DNA of 63,467 nucleotides, filler included, from Folioceros fuciformis (Eukaryota), in assembly GCA_049999805.1 (NCBI GenBank). It is 16 parts of 16 records of this genome, joined end to end, with 100 filler letters (N's around TTAATTAATTAA, not from the genome) between each part and the next. Parts side by side here need not be neighbours in the genome. Positions count along the whole stretch, not along the records: positions 48,296 to 52,990 come from JBNGIO010003738.1; positions 53,091 to 56,002 come from JBNGIO010003739.1; positions 56,103 to 58,550 come from JBNGIO010003740.1; positions 58,651 to 61,159 come from JBNGIO010003741.1; positions 61,260 to 63,467 come from JBNGIO010003742.1; 11 more parts are not named here. The stretch is one strand, 5' to 3'. Position numbers and translations under genes: made by a program. The notes beneath the pieces were generated by a model. It was not told where the DNA came from. It did not search any database and saw only the letters and a program-made list of their open reading frames with translations. Each line of letters starts with the position of its first letter. The stretch's first letter is position 1. This document shows positions 51,001 through 62,335 of this stretch, in pieces.

Positions 51001-53090
51001 TCCTTGGAACATAATAACATTTGTACTTGTTTGGCCCAGATGCATCTTACGCCCTAACTCACCTCTTGCACCTAGCTCTGCACATGCATCTACTCAAAAC
51101 AGCTCCCATTTGTGCCATGTTCCAAGGAGGCAGAAAACATTCTTTTGATAGTGACAAAATATCAGTCCGATGATGCTCCGTGTCATGCCATTGCAACGCT
51201 TTCCTATTCACTAATGTGTGCAAATTGCTGATTCACAACACAGAACCTTTGATTCAGTTGTTCAGTTCGCTACAAGCTTCTTGATTACAATTGCTCATTG
51301 AAAAACACTTAGTGCGCCACCACTCATCAAGCTTTCTAAGCGAACTATAAAAAGAATGTTCGATCATTCTTTCTCCATCCCTATATACCTACACCATTCC
51401 GTTACTAACCACCTGAATGGTCATTTCCAAACCGTTATTAACTGTCTACAAAGTTAATCATCAAAAACCATACTCTTCAACCGTTCCTTCGAGAGAACTT
51501 TTGCTTGTCAACTGTCTCGTTAGTCAAAACGTAAGGGATTTACCCTTTCTGCCAGCGTATTCGTCCCAAGTAAATAGCGTACGCAGTTGCGACTTGCACA
51601 AAAAGTTCTCACAGATGCAAAACTCTAACAGACTTTCTAAGTCATGACAAGTGCCTCTACATCTTGATCTTCATAATACTTGCAACAGAATATTCAAGGC
51701 TGCCATTTTCTTGGAGTTCAAGAACATAGGGGGCCAACTTGCTACCCTCATTCTATTTGCAAACAAATAGAATGAGGCTAGGTTAAAAATCAAACAGACT
51801 TGACCTCCTGTCAATATCCATCCATCCATCCAAGAGAGACGCACAATTCTCTACGAGAGTCATGAATGAATTTGCCGCTGGTGTGTTCAAAAAAGGGTCA
51901 CTTGAGATTGGTAGTTGTCCATGCAAATTACCATATAAAGAAATAAATAACATAGATGTCATTCTTTGCAGTTTACATAATACTAAGTTCTTATTAATAA
52001 TGAAGCTATATCGTGTGATTGTTCGAGTTAACTTATGCATATTTTCTATAAGCAACGAACTTGAAAGCTTGATGTTAGCATTTAATTTTAATTTTAATTT
52101 TTTGATTTATTTGTGCTTTGACATAAAGAAGGGTCCAACCCTCTTAAATGCACTAGTAGTCTCTTGATACCCATGGAATACATAGAAAATGAATATGCTT
52201 ACTTTTCTCTAGTCATGTATGCTTACTTGGAAAGTCCCTCGAATGTTATGCGTCTATGTAAACTTCCTGTGCTGTGTAGACAGAGCTCGTATAAATCAAT
52301 GAGCAATGGAAAATGAGTGTGGCTTGAGGATAAAGTCACGACGTTTAATCTAAGTGGGCGATGAGTAAATGAAAAGTTACGATGGAAGAACAATTATTAT
52401 TTTGGAAGTTAACTTTGCGAACAGTTGGTACCGATATGGAATCCTCGATCACGTAATTGAGAATTATGATGCGAATATATAAGGGTTTGTATAAGGTGAT
52501 GACCCTAGAATGTATGTATTTTATTCCCCTCATATGGAGGTAGAAGGGATAGGCAAAGCTACTTCCTTGGCCGATCTCGTGTGAAGTGACCCACCAAAGA
52601 GTGGAAATATGACTAGTAGCCTTGGTCTGTATGACGAGGAGGAAGCACCCAAGGGGAGGCATCATGTGTGCACTATTGCAAGAATATACGTGTAATACTA
52701 GAGCCAGCCACCCCATATACATATGAATATAAGAACAAATAAATAAATCAATCAATAAATAAACAAACCATATTAAGTTTACACCATCTTAGTCTCAGTC
52801 TTAGGTACATTTGAAAGGCAAGATTGTAGGTACATTTGAAAGGCAAGATTGTTTGAAGCACGACACCCCCTAGATTGGTAGTAGGGCATTGTCCCTACCC
52901 ACTTGGGTATGCAAATGCGTCATGATGACCACATGCACATTTGTGAGCCTTGGGCCTTGACTTTCTAAATATATAATACACTACACTACANNNNNNNNNN
53001 NNNNNNNNNNNNNNNNNNNNNNNNNNNNNNNNNNTTAATTAATTAANNNNNNNNNNNNNNNNNNNNNNNNNNNNNNNNNNNNNNNNNNNN

Positions 53091-54748
53091 TAGTCTAAGA
53101 GGTGGTAGATCCTTGTGGTGGTAGGGCCAGGAGCTCATTGGTGGCAGGTTGTGCTAGAAGTCTAAATAAGTGGCTGGTGACAGCCGGATAGGCTATTAAA
53201 ATAATATTTCTCAAGTTAGAGAGAGGTGAAGTCAGAGAGAGAGAGAGGCTCCTATAAGATCAGGTGAGCCTGTAGGAAGAAGGAGTCATTCACTTTTGGG
53301 AATCAGTCTATCTCTTTGTGAGCTCTTGGAGGTCCTCTCTTCATGNNNNNNNNNNNNNNNNNNNNNNNNNNNNNNNNNNNNNNNNNNNNNNNNNNNNNNN
53401 NNNNNNNNNNNNNNNNNNNNNNNNNNNNNNNNNNNNNNNNNNNNNCTCCCCCAGCACCCCAGGGTTAGTCTTCCATGGCTGAGGAACCATTTTGGTTGGG
53501 AGCTGATCCCGCTGAATAAGCTACCGTTTTCAGGCCAGGTTTCGGCTGCTGATCCCACTCCTTCCCGCCTCTTCTCTATCTTTCCCATTGCTCATGCTCC
53601 TCCCCTGGAGGCTAGCTCAGCCACCAAGGGTGAACAGTTGCAGGGGAAGACTTAGCGGGCGGCCATCCAGCAAGGAAGAGGCGGCATCCGCAGATCTTTG
53701 AAGATCAGACATCCTCCGAAGTCTCAGGATAGTCTAAGAGGTGGTAGATCCTTGTGGTGGTAGGGCCAAGAGCTCATTGGTGGCAGGTTGTGCTAGAAGT
53801 CTAAATAAGTGGCTGGTGACAGCCGGCTAGGCTATTAAAATAATATTTCTCAAGTTAGAGAGAGGTGAAGTCAGAGAGAGAGAGAGGCTCCTATAAGATC
53901 AGGTGAGCTTGTAGGAGGAGGGAGTCATTCACTTTGGGAGTCAGTCTATCTCTTCGTGAGCTCTTAGAGGTCCTCTCTTCATGAGCTCTTGTGGTCTGTC
54001 CCTGCTTGGTTTAGGACCTGCAGTGTGTTGCCGGCTGTGCAACGTCTGGTAGGATCGCAAGTCGCGTGTTGCCGGCTGTACAGTGTCTGGTAGGATTGCG
54101 GGTAGCGTGTTGCCGGTTGTATAGTGTCTGGTAGGATCACAAGGTGTAATGACCAGGGTGTAGGGGCTTGCCCCTAGCTCTTGATTGTAAAGGATGTGTC
54201 TTTCTCTCGACCTGTCCACTCTTGTTCCCTGTTTGGACAAGTGCTGTAGGCCGGCCATGTTTTATGGCGTTTGGTAAGGTTGTAGGGGGGAGATATCCAA
54301 GAGGGGAGTGTGTTCCCTTCTTTCTTTTCTTTGGGGTTAGTCTAGTGACTCTTGCTGGGTAGGAGGAGTCAGCAGGGAAGTGTAGAAGGTAGTGGTGTCA
54401 TTGTTAGTTACTGGTGTTGGTGCTGGAGTGAGAGTGAGTGAAGTGAGTGAGGGAAGTCGCAGATCTAAGAGGTTAGGGTCGTTGTACTGACTGAAGTGAG
54501 TTTGTGGGCAGCGAGAGAGGTGCAGCTGACTGCCGGACAGCGAGGCCTGTCTTACGCCTGATCGGAGCTGGAGGGGAGCCCTCGAATCCATCATCGAGTC
54601 GATCAAGTCCGACCCTCCATCCACAGCAGCAAGGAACCCCATTGGTCCTTCGTGGGAACGAAACCCAATGTCTCAACGACAGTGGGATAAGTGTGGCCAC
54701 TAAAGGTGGAACCCGTTGGCAATCAGTGCCCCGGGTTTTGCCTCCACA
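53091..54748 (-). mobile_element. Family B LTR-like repeat
   Basis: Reverse-complement match to 39026-40284. 53091-53345 duplicates 53730-53985. Confidence 0.82.
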
Positions 54749-55090
54749 CCCCCCCTCGGCCTTCACCGTCGTCCCTACCTTGCACTTCTAGAGAGCCGTC
54801 AGGCGACAAGACCTTGAATGACTTCAATGTCTCTTTGCTGTTAGCTCTCACAAGCCACATCGCCCTGTCTAGTTCTAATGCTTTGTCCTGTTCATCCTCC
54901 TCCTCTGAGTCGACTCCCCTACTATCCATGGAGTAAGCAAACCACCCTTCCTCGCCTGTGGTAGGTTGTTGCCTTACGATCTGATGCACCTTTTCCTCTA
55001 GCCCCTCGTGCAACCACGAGAATATGAGTCTGACGTGCCGAGCCCCTACGCCAAACTCCCTTCTGACCTCTTCCACCTCCTTCCAGCGGG
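54749..55090 (-). pseudogene. LINE ORF2 fragment
   Basis: EEVRREFGVGARHVRLIFSWLHEG is homologous to DKIQEEFGIPSQHVRLILSWLQEG (1651-1851). Confidence 0.7.
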
Positions 55091-55159
55091 ACTCTTATCT
55101 ATTCCATAAATGCCCAAGCTGGACAATGCCTTTGCGACATATGCTTCTTTAACATTTGC

Positions 55160-55760
55160 TGGCAAGGAAGCTGTAGCTGGAAGGTCCTTATTAGCGGAGA
55201 TGGATCAAGCTCAGGACTCACCTACCTTGTTGCATTGCGACAATATGTCGGCAATAGCTTTAACTAAGAATGCCAAGTACCATGCTCGGACCAAGCACAT
55301 AGGTGTTTATCATCATTTTATTAGATAGCTAGTCTCCGAGCATCATGTAACTATTGAATACATCCCAACAGAGGAGAACCTTGTAGAGTTAATAAAGCCT
55401 AATGTGCTTAGACTAATGTAATTAGTCTAAGATTAGTGTCTAGTTAAATACCATTAGTTTAGATTAGCTTAAGCTAATCTATAGGAAGCTTCTTGCACAG
55501 CTTCCTGTGGGCTTCTTGTGAAGCTTCCTAGGGAGCTCTTCTAGAGGGTATAAATACCCCTTGAGCTCCCTTGCATATTGAGACTCATTGTGAGAGTGTG
55601 ACCTGTCTTTCTCGTCTCCTCCTTGCCTCCTCCTCTCCTCCTTCACCATGTAGCTCCTTGTAGCGGTCCTACAACTTGGCAAATATATTTACAAAAGGTT
55701 TATCCAAGGCCAAGCACGAGTATTTCTCCTCCAATGTAGGCCTTGTGGACTTATCAATGT
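55160..55760 (+). pseudogene. copia RNaseH C-terminal fragment split by a solo LTR
   Basis: CDNMSAIAL..N..YHARTKHI...HFIR...EYIPTEEN|LANIFTKGL. Confidence 0.85.
55382..55673 (+). mobile_element. Family D solo LTR (292 bp, TG..CA)
   Basis: Full-length match to 37671-37944, with no PBS or PPT. The host RNaseH frame is continuous across it. Confidence 0.9.
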
Positions 55761-56749
55761 CAATAGGATCGACTCCAATCTACGTGCAAGTGTAGGAGAG
55801 GAGAGGAGAGAAGAGAGGGTGGTATTGGTGATCACAACCATGAAAACAATACACATCACCACTGTCTTACTATGAAGGTCCGAGGTCTCCATTTAAGTAG
55901 TACATTTAGGGCTACACAACTTCCGGGTTCAATATGGGATAATCTACACTATCCTAAGTTCACTAATAACTAGAACTAGTCTAGTATGAACCCAACTGGG
56001 ATNNNNNNNNNNNNNNNNNNNNNNNNNNNNNNNNNNNNNNNNNNNNTTAATTAATTAANNNNNNNNNNNNNNNNNNNNNNNNNNNNNNNNNNNNNNNNNN
56101 NNCGCGTCGCATCCAGTCGCGTCGGCTGGGCCAAGGCCAAGGTGCTTCCGAGGGTTCCCCACATTCACGGTGCCTGCGTGTGCAAAAACAATTAGGCGGG
56201 CCCATTCACGGTGCCTGCGTGTGCAAAACTGTGTGGGTCCCACCTGAGGAGGCGAAAACACAATATAAACTAGTGGCGTATTAGCTCTACTTGGTGGGTT
56301 TTGCCAATCCGAGTTGACCTCCACCTTCACCACGCCCACCCCCCCATTCTCACCGCGACACANNNNNNNNNNNNNNNNNNNNNNNNNNNNNNNNNNNNNN
56401 NNNNNNNNNNNNNNNNNNNNNNNNNNNNNNNNNNNNNNNNNNNNNNNNNNNNNNNNNNNNNNCACATCACACTACACCCACACGCACACACACACGCTGG
56501 ATCTGTTTTTCGAATTTACATGTTATCTACAACGGGTTGGGGTTGAGACTGAGGTTGTTATGTAACCTGATTTATTACCGCCACAAGGCCTTGCTTGATT
56601 GCGCTCCACCCCATGCCACATGCCGCAACTCGGTTCCAATGCCCCGACCCGGGATCCAGACCCAGGCACGGACCTTCCACTCTCTCTCTATCTCTCGCCA
56701 GGCCTGGACTTGGAAGGCTCGGGCCGGGCCATCCGGCTTCCTCGTGGGT

Positions 56750-58330
56750 CTCCCTCTCTCCCCTCCCTTCTCTTCGCCTTGCGCCTTGCCTTGTGCCTCG
56801 CCTTTGCCTCTGCCTTTGCCTTTGCCTTTGCCTTGTGCCTTGCCTCGCCTCGCGCCCCGCCTTGCCTTGGGTCTCTGCCTTTTCTTCGCTTCACTTGGCT
56901 TGTGTCGCTGCCGTGCCTTGGGCTCGCTGCTCTCCTCCTCTCGCCACCCTTTTGCGGCACTCTCGCTTCCTCTCGACTCTCCTCCGCGCTCTCCGCCTTG
57001 CGCCTCCGTCTCCGCCTGCCTCCCCCCCGCCTCGCCTCGCCTGCCTTTTGCTTCTGCACTGCTCGGCAGTGCAAGGAGCCAGCCGCAGCGGCAGCGGCAG
57101 CGGCGCCAGTCTTGCCTCCTTCCTCCTGCCGGCCCATCCCAGAGGACTCTCCTTCTTCCTCCTCCTCTTCTTATCCTTCTTGCGTCTTGTGCCTCTCTTT
57201 GCAGTCGCCGCCGCGCGGCAGGAGCCTCGCAGCAAAGGGTCAGATCGAGGTAGGTAAGGCAGGTCAGCAGCCTCCTCTGTCTCCAGCGATTGCTGCCGCC
57301 GCTGCCCTTTTCTGGATCTGGGCTTGCTGCCTGCTGCCCGCTGCTGATTCCTCTTCCTGTGGAGGAGGGTGAGGAAGAGCTCTTCCAGCCCCTGCCGCAG
57401 CCGCAGCCGCAGCCGTGAGGTGGGAGTTGCAGCACTCGGTGTGGGCTGTGCACCCCAACTCCCCTTCACCCGCTGCGCAGCAGCACGGTTGCAAGGGAGC
57501 CGCACCTTTTCTCTTTGCGCAGCAGTGGAGTGGAGTGGAGTGGAGTGGAGTGTGGAGTGCAGTGGAGAGGAGAGGAAAAGAGAGGAGACTTCTGTCCTTC
57601 CCTTCAGAGGCAGAGGCTCTTGCTGCTGCTGGAGCCCAGAGCAGTGTGTGTGCGAGTTGGAGTGCCTGTGTCCTCTGGCCTTCCCTTCGCCACACCCCTC
57701 TGCCGCTGCAAGAAGCGGCAGCTTCTTCTTGCGCCGCTCTTCCCCACCCCGCTCTGTGCCCCATCCCGCCGGCCTGCGCCTCCGCCTGTCCGCGGGAAAT
57801 GCCTCGCCGGCATAGTCAAATCTTGGTCTCTCTGCTTTCTTTGCGCCGTCATCTCTTCTCCCCTGCATGCCTCTATTGCTGTTGCCGCCGCCGCCGTAAT
57901 GCTTATCAATTCTGATATCTCCATCGTCATCTCTCCTGCTGCCCGCTGCTCACCTGCCTCCTCCAAATTTGGTGACCTCCTCCTTCCGCCTCCGCCTCTG
58001 CCTCTTGATTGCGGGCACCGGCGCCAGCACGGCTGCCCCGTTTTGCCTCTCTCCTGGCCTCACCCGCTACCTCCCGTCCTTGCCTCTCCTCTACAGTGTA
58101 CAAGACGGAAGAGGAGGAGGAGGAGGCGCACAAGCAACTGCGGGAGCAGGAGCAACAGTAGTAGTTTCAGGAGCAGCAGGGGCGGGGCATGGTGGTGCTC
58201 CTACTCTCAAATAGTCTCTTGTGCTGTGCGCTTGCGGAAGTTTGGCCGGCGCCTCCCTAGAACCAGCACCAGCCCGATGGACAGGAGCCGCGAAGGACGA
58301 CGAGGTGGAGGAGGGGGAGGGGGAGGTTTG
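56750..58330 (+). repeat. GC-rich, microsatellite-dense region: (GCCTTT)n, (GCAGCG)n, (GTGGA)n, (AGG)n; probable long 5' UTR/promoter
   Basis: Simple repeats at about 56800-56835, 57083-57103, 57524-57552, 58110-58126 and 58305-58326. Confidence 0.7.
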
Positions 58331-58382
58331 CCTGTCTCCGCACCCCGTCGTCCGCGCACAAGTGGTTTGAAAGACGTCACAG
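58277..58382 (+). CDS. Possible first coding exon of a TIME FOR COFFEE (TIC)-like protein
   Basis: MDRSREGRRGGGGGGGGLPVSAPRRPRTSGLKDVT resembles, from memory, the TIC start MDRNREARR...GL.RRR.R....RDSP. It is followed by CAG|GT and pyrimidine-rich intron-like sequence; the rest is lost at the scaffold end. Confidence 0.45.
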
Positions 58383-58650
58383 GTGGCTTCTCCTGCTACA
58401 CTTGTTTGGGGAACAAATGCTTGCTACAAGCCTACATACTTCTCCTTACTCCTCTCTTCTTCCGTAGACTCCCTCCTCTTGCTGCCTTGCTGCTTGTGCC
58501 GTTGTTGGCTTCCCTGGCCCCCCTGTACTTGCTCTCTCGTCGTCTTTCTGNNNNNNNNNNNNNNNNNNNNNNNNNNNNNNNNNNNNNNNNNNNNTTAATT
58601 AATTAANNNNNNNNNNNNNNNNNNNNNNNNNNNNNNNNNNNNNNNNNNNN

Positions 58651-58968
58651 TATTTTAATATTATTATATTATTATTTAATCATTTAATATTATATATCTT
58701 TAATTAATATTAAACTAATCACCCAACCCTATGGCCTGGTACCGAACCTAAACCTTCCCAGGTCTGGGACCAAACCTATACCCACTCTTATAACCAAACC
58801 CACTATTTCTTGGTCAATTAACCCAATTAGCACAAAGAAAAATAGGAAAAATGACCAAAAAATAAAGGAAAATTAGGAAAAATAAGTTGAAAAAGAAAAC
58901 CAAACCATACCACTATTAACCCTTTTTCAACCAAAACAAACTACTACCCCAAACTTTGGAGGTTCACA
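58651..58968 (-). mobile_element. Family A LTR terminus
   Basis: Near-identical to 170-478. Confidence 0.82.
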
Positions 58969-61159
58969 CTCTTCATGATCCCCACTTCAGTCCTTCCTTC
59001 TTCACTTCAGCCCTTCTCCCTTCACTTCAGCACACACTCCTGCACCTCAGCAACTCACTCTTTACTTCTAGGCACTTCACTCCAACTCTTCTTCTTTTTG
59101 CTTCAGCTATCCCCTGGAAGTTGGGACACAACGGCTTCACTCCNNNNNNNNNNNNNNNNNNNNNNNNNNNNNNNNNNNNNNNNNNNNNNNNNNNNNNNNN
59201 NNNNNNNNNNNNNNNNNNNNNNNNNNNNNNNNNNNNNNNNNNNCACTCCTGCACCTCAGCAACTCACTCTTCACTTCTAGGCACTTCACTCCAACTCTTC
59301 CTCTCTTTGCTTCAGCTATCCCCTAGAAGCTGGGACACAACGGCTTCACTCCTTACAGCCTTCAAGTGTAGTGTAGATGCTAGGACTAGATAGCCCTCCT
59401 GGCTCACGGTCCTGTCACTTCACTTCAGCCAGCCTGCAAATCATTCAGCCCTTGCGGATCCGGCCACACGGATCTTGGTAGTCTTGGGTTCCTCCACGTT
59501 CCCCTAGTGGAAAGTCTCAACCGGCTTGGTTTAGTCTCAACCGGCTCAACGCCCTAAGCTAGGAGTTCTGCACACAAGGTCCAGGGAAATCACACCATAG
59601 ACAACCCCTCTCGATGGCAGGTCTCCCCTCTTATACTGCCTAGCCCTCATCTCTGTCTACTAGGGTTAACCTGAGTCAACTACCTAACCATGTCTCTCTG
59701 ACCTAAACCATCCTAAGTTCTGACCTAAACCTAACCTAAGTATGACCTAAACCTAACCTAAGTATGACCTAACCTAACCTAATCTAGGTTTGTCCTAACC
59801 TAGGTCTGACCTAAACCTAAACAAACCTAAACATAGTTCTCATCCCAACCTAACCCTGCACTTAATTGCCCGTTACCCCCTTGGACACCGCTGGTTGCCC
59901 TCTATCCCAAATTGTCAACCTCTCCCAATTAGCAAAACTCCTGAGTGCTTCCCCACCCCCTAGCAGCACGTCTGTGCTAGACCTTCTGCCTACAAGCGAC
60001 CTATTAACGAAGGGAAAGCTGAATGCCACTTATGTCATATATCCGGATCGGGTGTTATCCCTCAGTTTCGTCCGCACGAAGTCTCCTGGCAGCTCTCGCC
60101 CCCCCGACCCTTGTCCAGGTCACCTTACCTTCCTTGCTCAACGCCAGGCTCGGGCCGGGACCCGACTTGCTATGCTCTTGATCCACATACGCATGCCTGC
60201 AGGGACAGCCTCCCCGTCCCCATTCCTTCCAATTATGGGCCCCCAAAACCAACATTACCAATACCATCACTGCAAGGAACCACCCTCATGGAGTAACCCG
60301 GTTCCTGCCCGTGTCCCCCATTGGTCCAGTCTTGCAGGTTGGGGTTTCTCCCACCAACCCAACCAAACCGGTTCCCACACGTCCCTCAACACCTGTGATC
60401 GCCTAAGCAAAGGGCTGGCCGCAACCACCCCACTCAAGGGAAATACGCACCGACATCCCAAGCCCTGTGGTTCCTCTCGCTATCTAATTCCACAGGCAGA
60501 GCAACATGAAAACCTCTAGCCCCAGCCCCCTCGAGGCAGGGGCCTGCAACCTGCCTGTCCCTATCAACATGAGAGTTGTCTTTTGCAATGTGAAGGCGCA
60601 AGGGCAGCACGACCACGTCAGGCCAGTCGCCCTCCTCCTTCTACTCTGCAACCCGCCCCCTGTCAGGCTTCTAGCTAGGCCGCTGACTAGCTGGATGGCT
60701 AGATCCGACTCGCTAGTCGATCAGCCACCAATATGCCCGCAGACGACCATGCTGCCTATGCTGCTAACGCTGGGTCACCTGCCGGATGGTCCCTGCTTCG
60801 ATTCGCATGCCCAATTAGATCCATTGCCAGGCCACCCACCCGGATCCGCTCAGCACGATCAGGCCGCTTGCTTGGTCGGCCCGACTAGGCAAGTCGCCAG
60901 GCCGCCAATCTTCAGCCCCCCGCTAGCCTACCCAGCCTGGATTCGATACCGCCTCGGGTCTGCTTGCGCTGCTGGTTCGCTTGCCGCCTGCTTGGTAGGC
61001 AAGATCCGGCTGCAAGGCCACCCCGCTAGCCAATCAACCCGGCCACGTGCCTCCTGCGGCCTGGTGGCTCCAGCCCTGATTTCGTCAGCCTGCCGACTAA
61101 CAAGGCCGCCCACAAGCCGGCCTGCTCTGCCCAGCCTCGACCAACCTACCTGCCTCCAT
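58969..61159 (+). repeat. Family C-related LTR-like sequence with an (aacctaa)-rich tract at 59700-59856 and a GC-rich distal part
   Basis: Matches 35930-36411 and 3600-4266 (-). Confidence 0.7.
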
Positions 61160-61259
61160 NNNNNNNNNNNNNNNNNNNNNNNNNNNNNNNNNNNNNNNNN
61201 NNNTTAATTAATTAANNNNNNNNNNNNNNNNNNNNNNNNNNNNNNNNNNNNNNNNNNNN

Positions 61260-62120
61260 AATTCTCTGAGAACCCAGGAAGGGATCACTGGGTAGCACTT
61301 AAAAGAATTATGCGTTACCTCAAGGGTACTCCTAACTATGGTCTTTGCTGCAAGCCTAGTGGCAAAAGGAGTCTACAATTGACTTGCTATGTTGATGCAG
61401 ATTGGGCTTCCGGTGCAGACACCCAAAAGAGTCTATCGGCTTATTGCATCCTCGCCGGCTCCACTATTGTGAATTGGTCTTGTAAGAACCAAGCCTCTAT
61501 ATTTTTGTCTTCCACGGAGTCGGAGTACAAAGCCCTCACAAAAGCCACTAAGGAGGCAGAGTGAGAAAGGAAGTTATGCGAAGACTTGGGTATGCAACAA
61601 GTAGGACCTACACTTATTAACTGTGATAATATGTCAGCCATATGCCCTAGTTTCTAACCCTGTGTTTCACGCCCGCACTAAGCACATTGAGATTCAACAT
61701 CATTACGTTAGGGATGCTGCTGAGAGGGGCTTAGTGAAGATACAGTATGTGTCAATAGATGATAATACGGCCGATGTTCTAACGAAGTCTTTGCCCAAGT
61801 TTAAACATTGTTTCCACAGAGAAGGGCTTGGACTTGTAGATTGTAGTAGCTATGTGACGCTACACGAATCACTCATTTGGTGAGGCTTTCCATGTTTGTT
61901 TCATCATCTACGAAGATAACTTAAGTAGAAGACTTGCTTCTGCTCTGGTCATGACTGGTGCTCTACTGCGTGAGTTGCTGTCGACGACAAACTCAGCTTC
62001 AGCAGGTCCGACTAGAAGATGTGACAGCCGAGCCGAAGATGGTAGCCTTCAGTGACAGTTACTTTTAGTAGTGATCTCCTTTTCTTAGTTTGGAGCTCTC
62101 ATAACATGTATGAGAGGGAG
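61260..62120 (+). mobile_element. copia RNaseH relic (to 61883), 3' UTR and PPT gagagggag (62112-62120)
   Basis: YVDADWA, LSSTESEYKAL, NPVFHARTKHIEIQHHYVR, ADVLTKSL. Confidence 0.9.
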
Positions 62121-62335
62121 AGTTAGAAATAATAACAGACTACGTTGGTTCTATACCAATATGGTTAGTCAACTAGACCTAGCAGTTAGTATAGGTAGTT
62201 AGCTAGGCTAGCAAAAGGACACACCCCTTAAGAGACCACCTATAAAAGCCCACCTATGAACACACTTAATTCATTGGTAATATAGCATCTTTGCTTGAGA
62301 CACTTCCGCATGCAATTCTAACTTGGTATCAGAGC
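62121..62335 (+). repeat. Family E LTR (62121-62323) plus PBS tggtatcagagc (62324-62335)
   Basis: Homologous to 18359-18567 (-). Inverted termini AGTTAGAA...TTCTAACT. Confidence 0.82.

Larger units (their letters stand above)
4267..61259. other. 15 artificial scaffold-joining linkers (N44-TTAATTAATTAA-N44)
   Basis: Identical 100-nt spacers with stops in all six frames at 4267, 13710, 14972, 16618, 20510, 22578, 27778, 32828, 36412, 40285, 48196, 52991, 56003, 58551 and 61160. Sequences on either side are unrelated. Confidence 0.97.

Noticed and set aside
51560-51760. Possible chromodomain start (ENGSLEYSVASIMKIK) on the minus strand
   Set aside because: The downstream YLVKW/TWE motifs are not recoverable and no integrase is visible upstream.
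54749-54760. G-run before the family B terminus resembling a PPT
   Set aside because: The adjoining sequence is homologous to the LINE ORF2 at 1651-1851, so it is more likely an insertion site than family B internal sequence.
56537-58276. Many long overlapping ORFs (220-363 aa) on both strands
   Set aside because: They arise from GC-rich simple repeats lacking stop codons; the translations are low-complexity with no domain.
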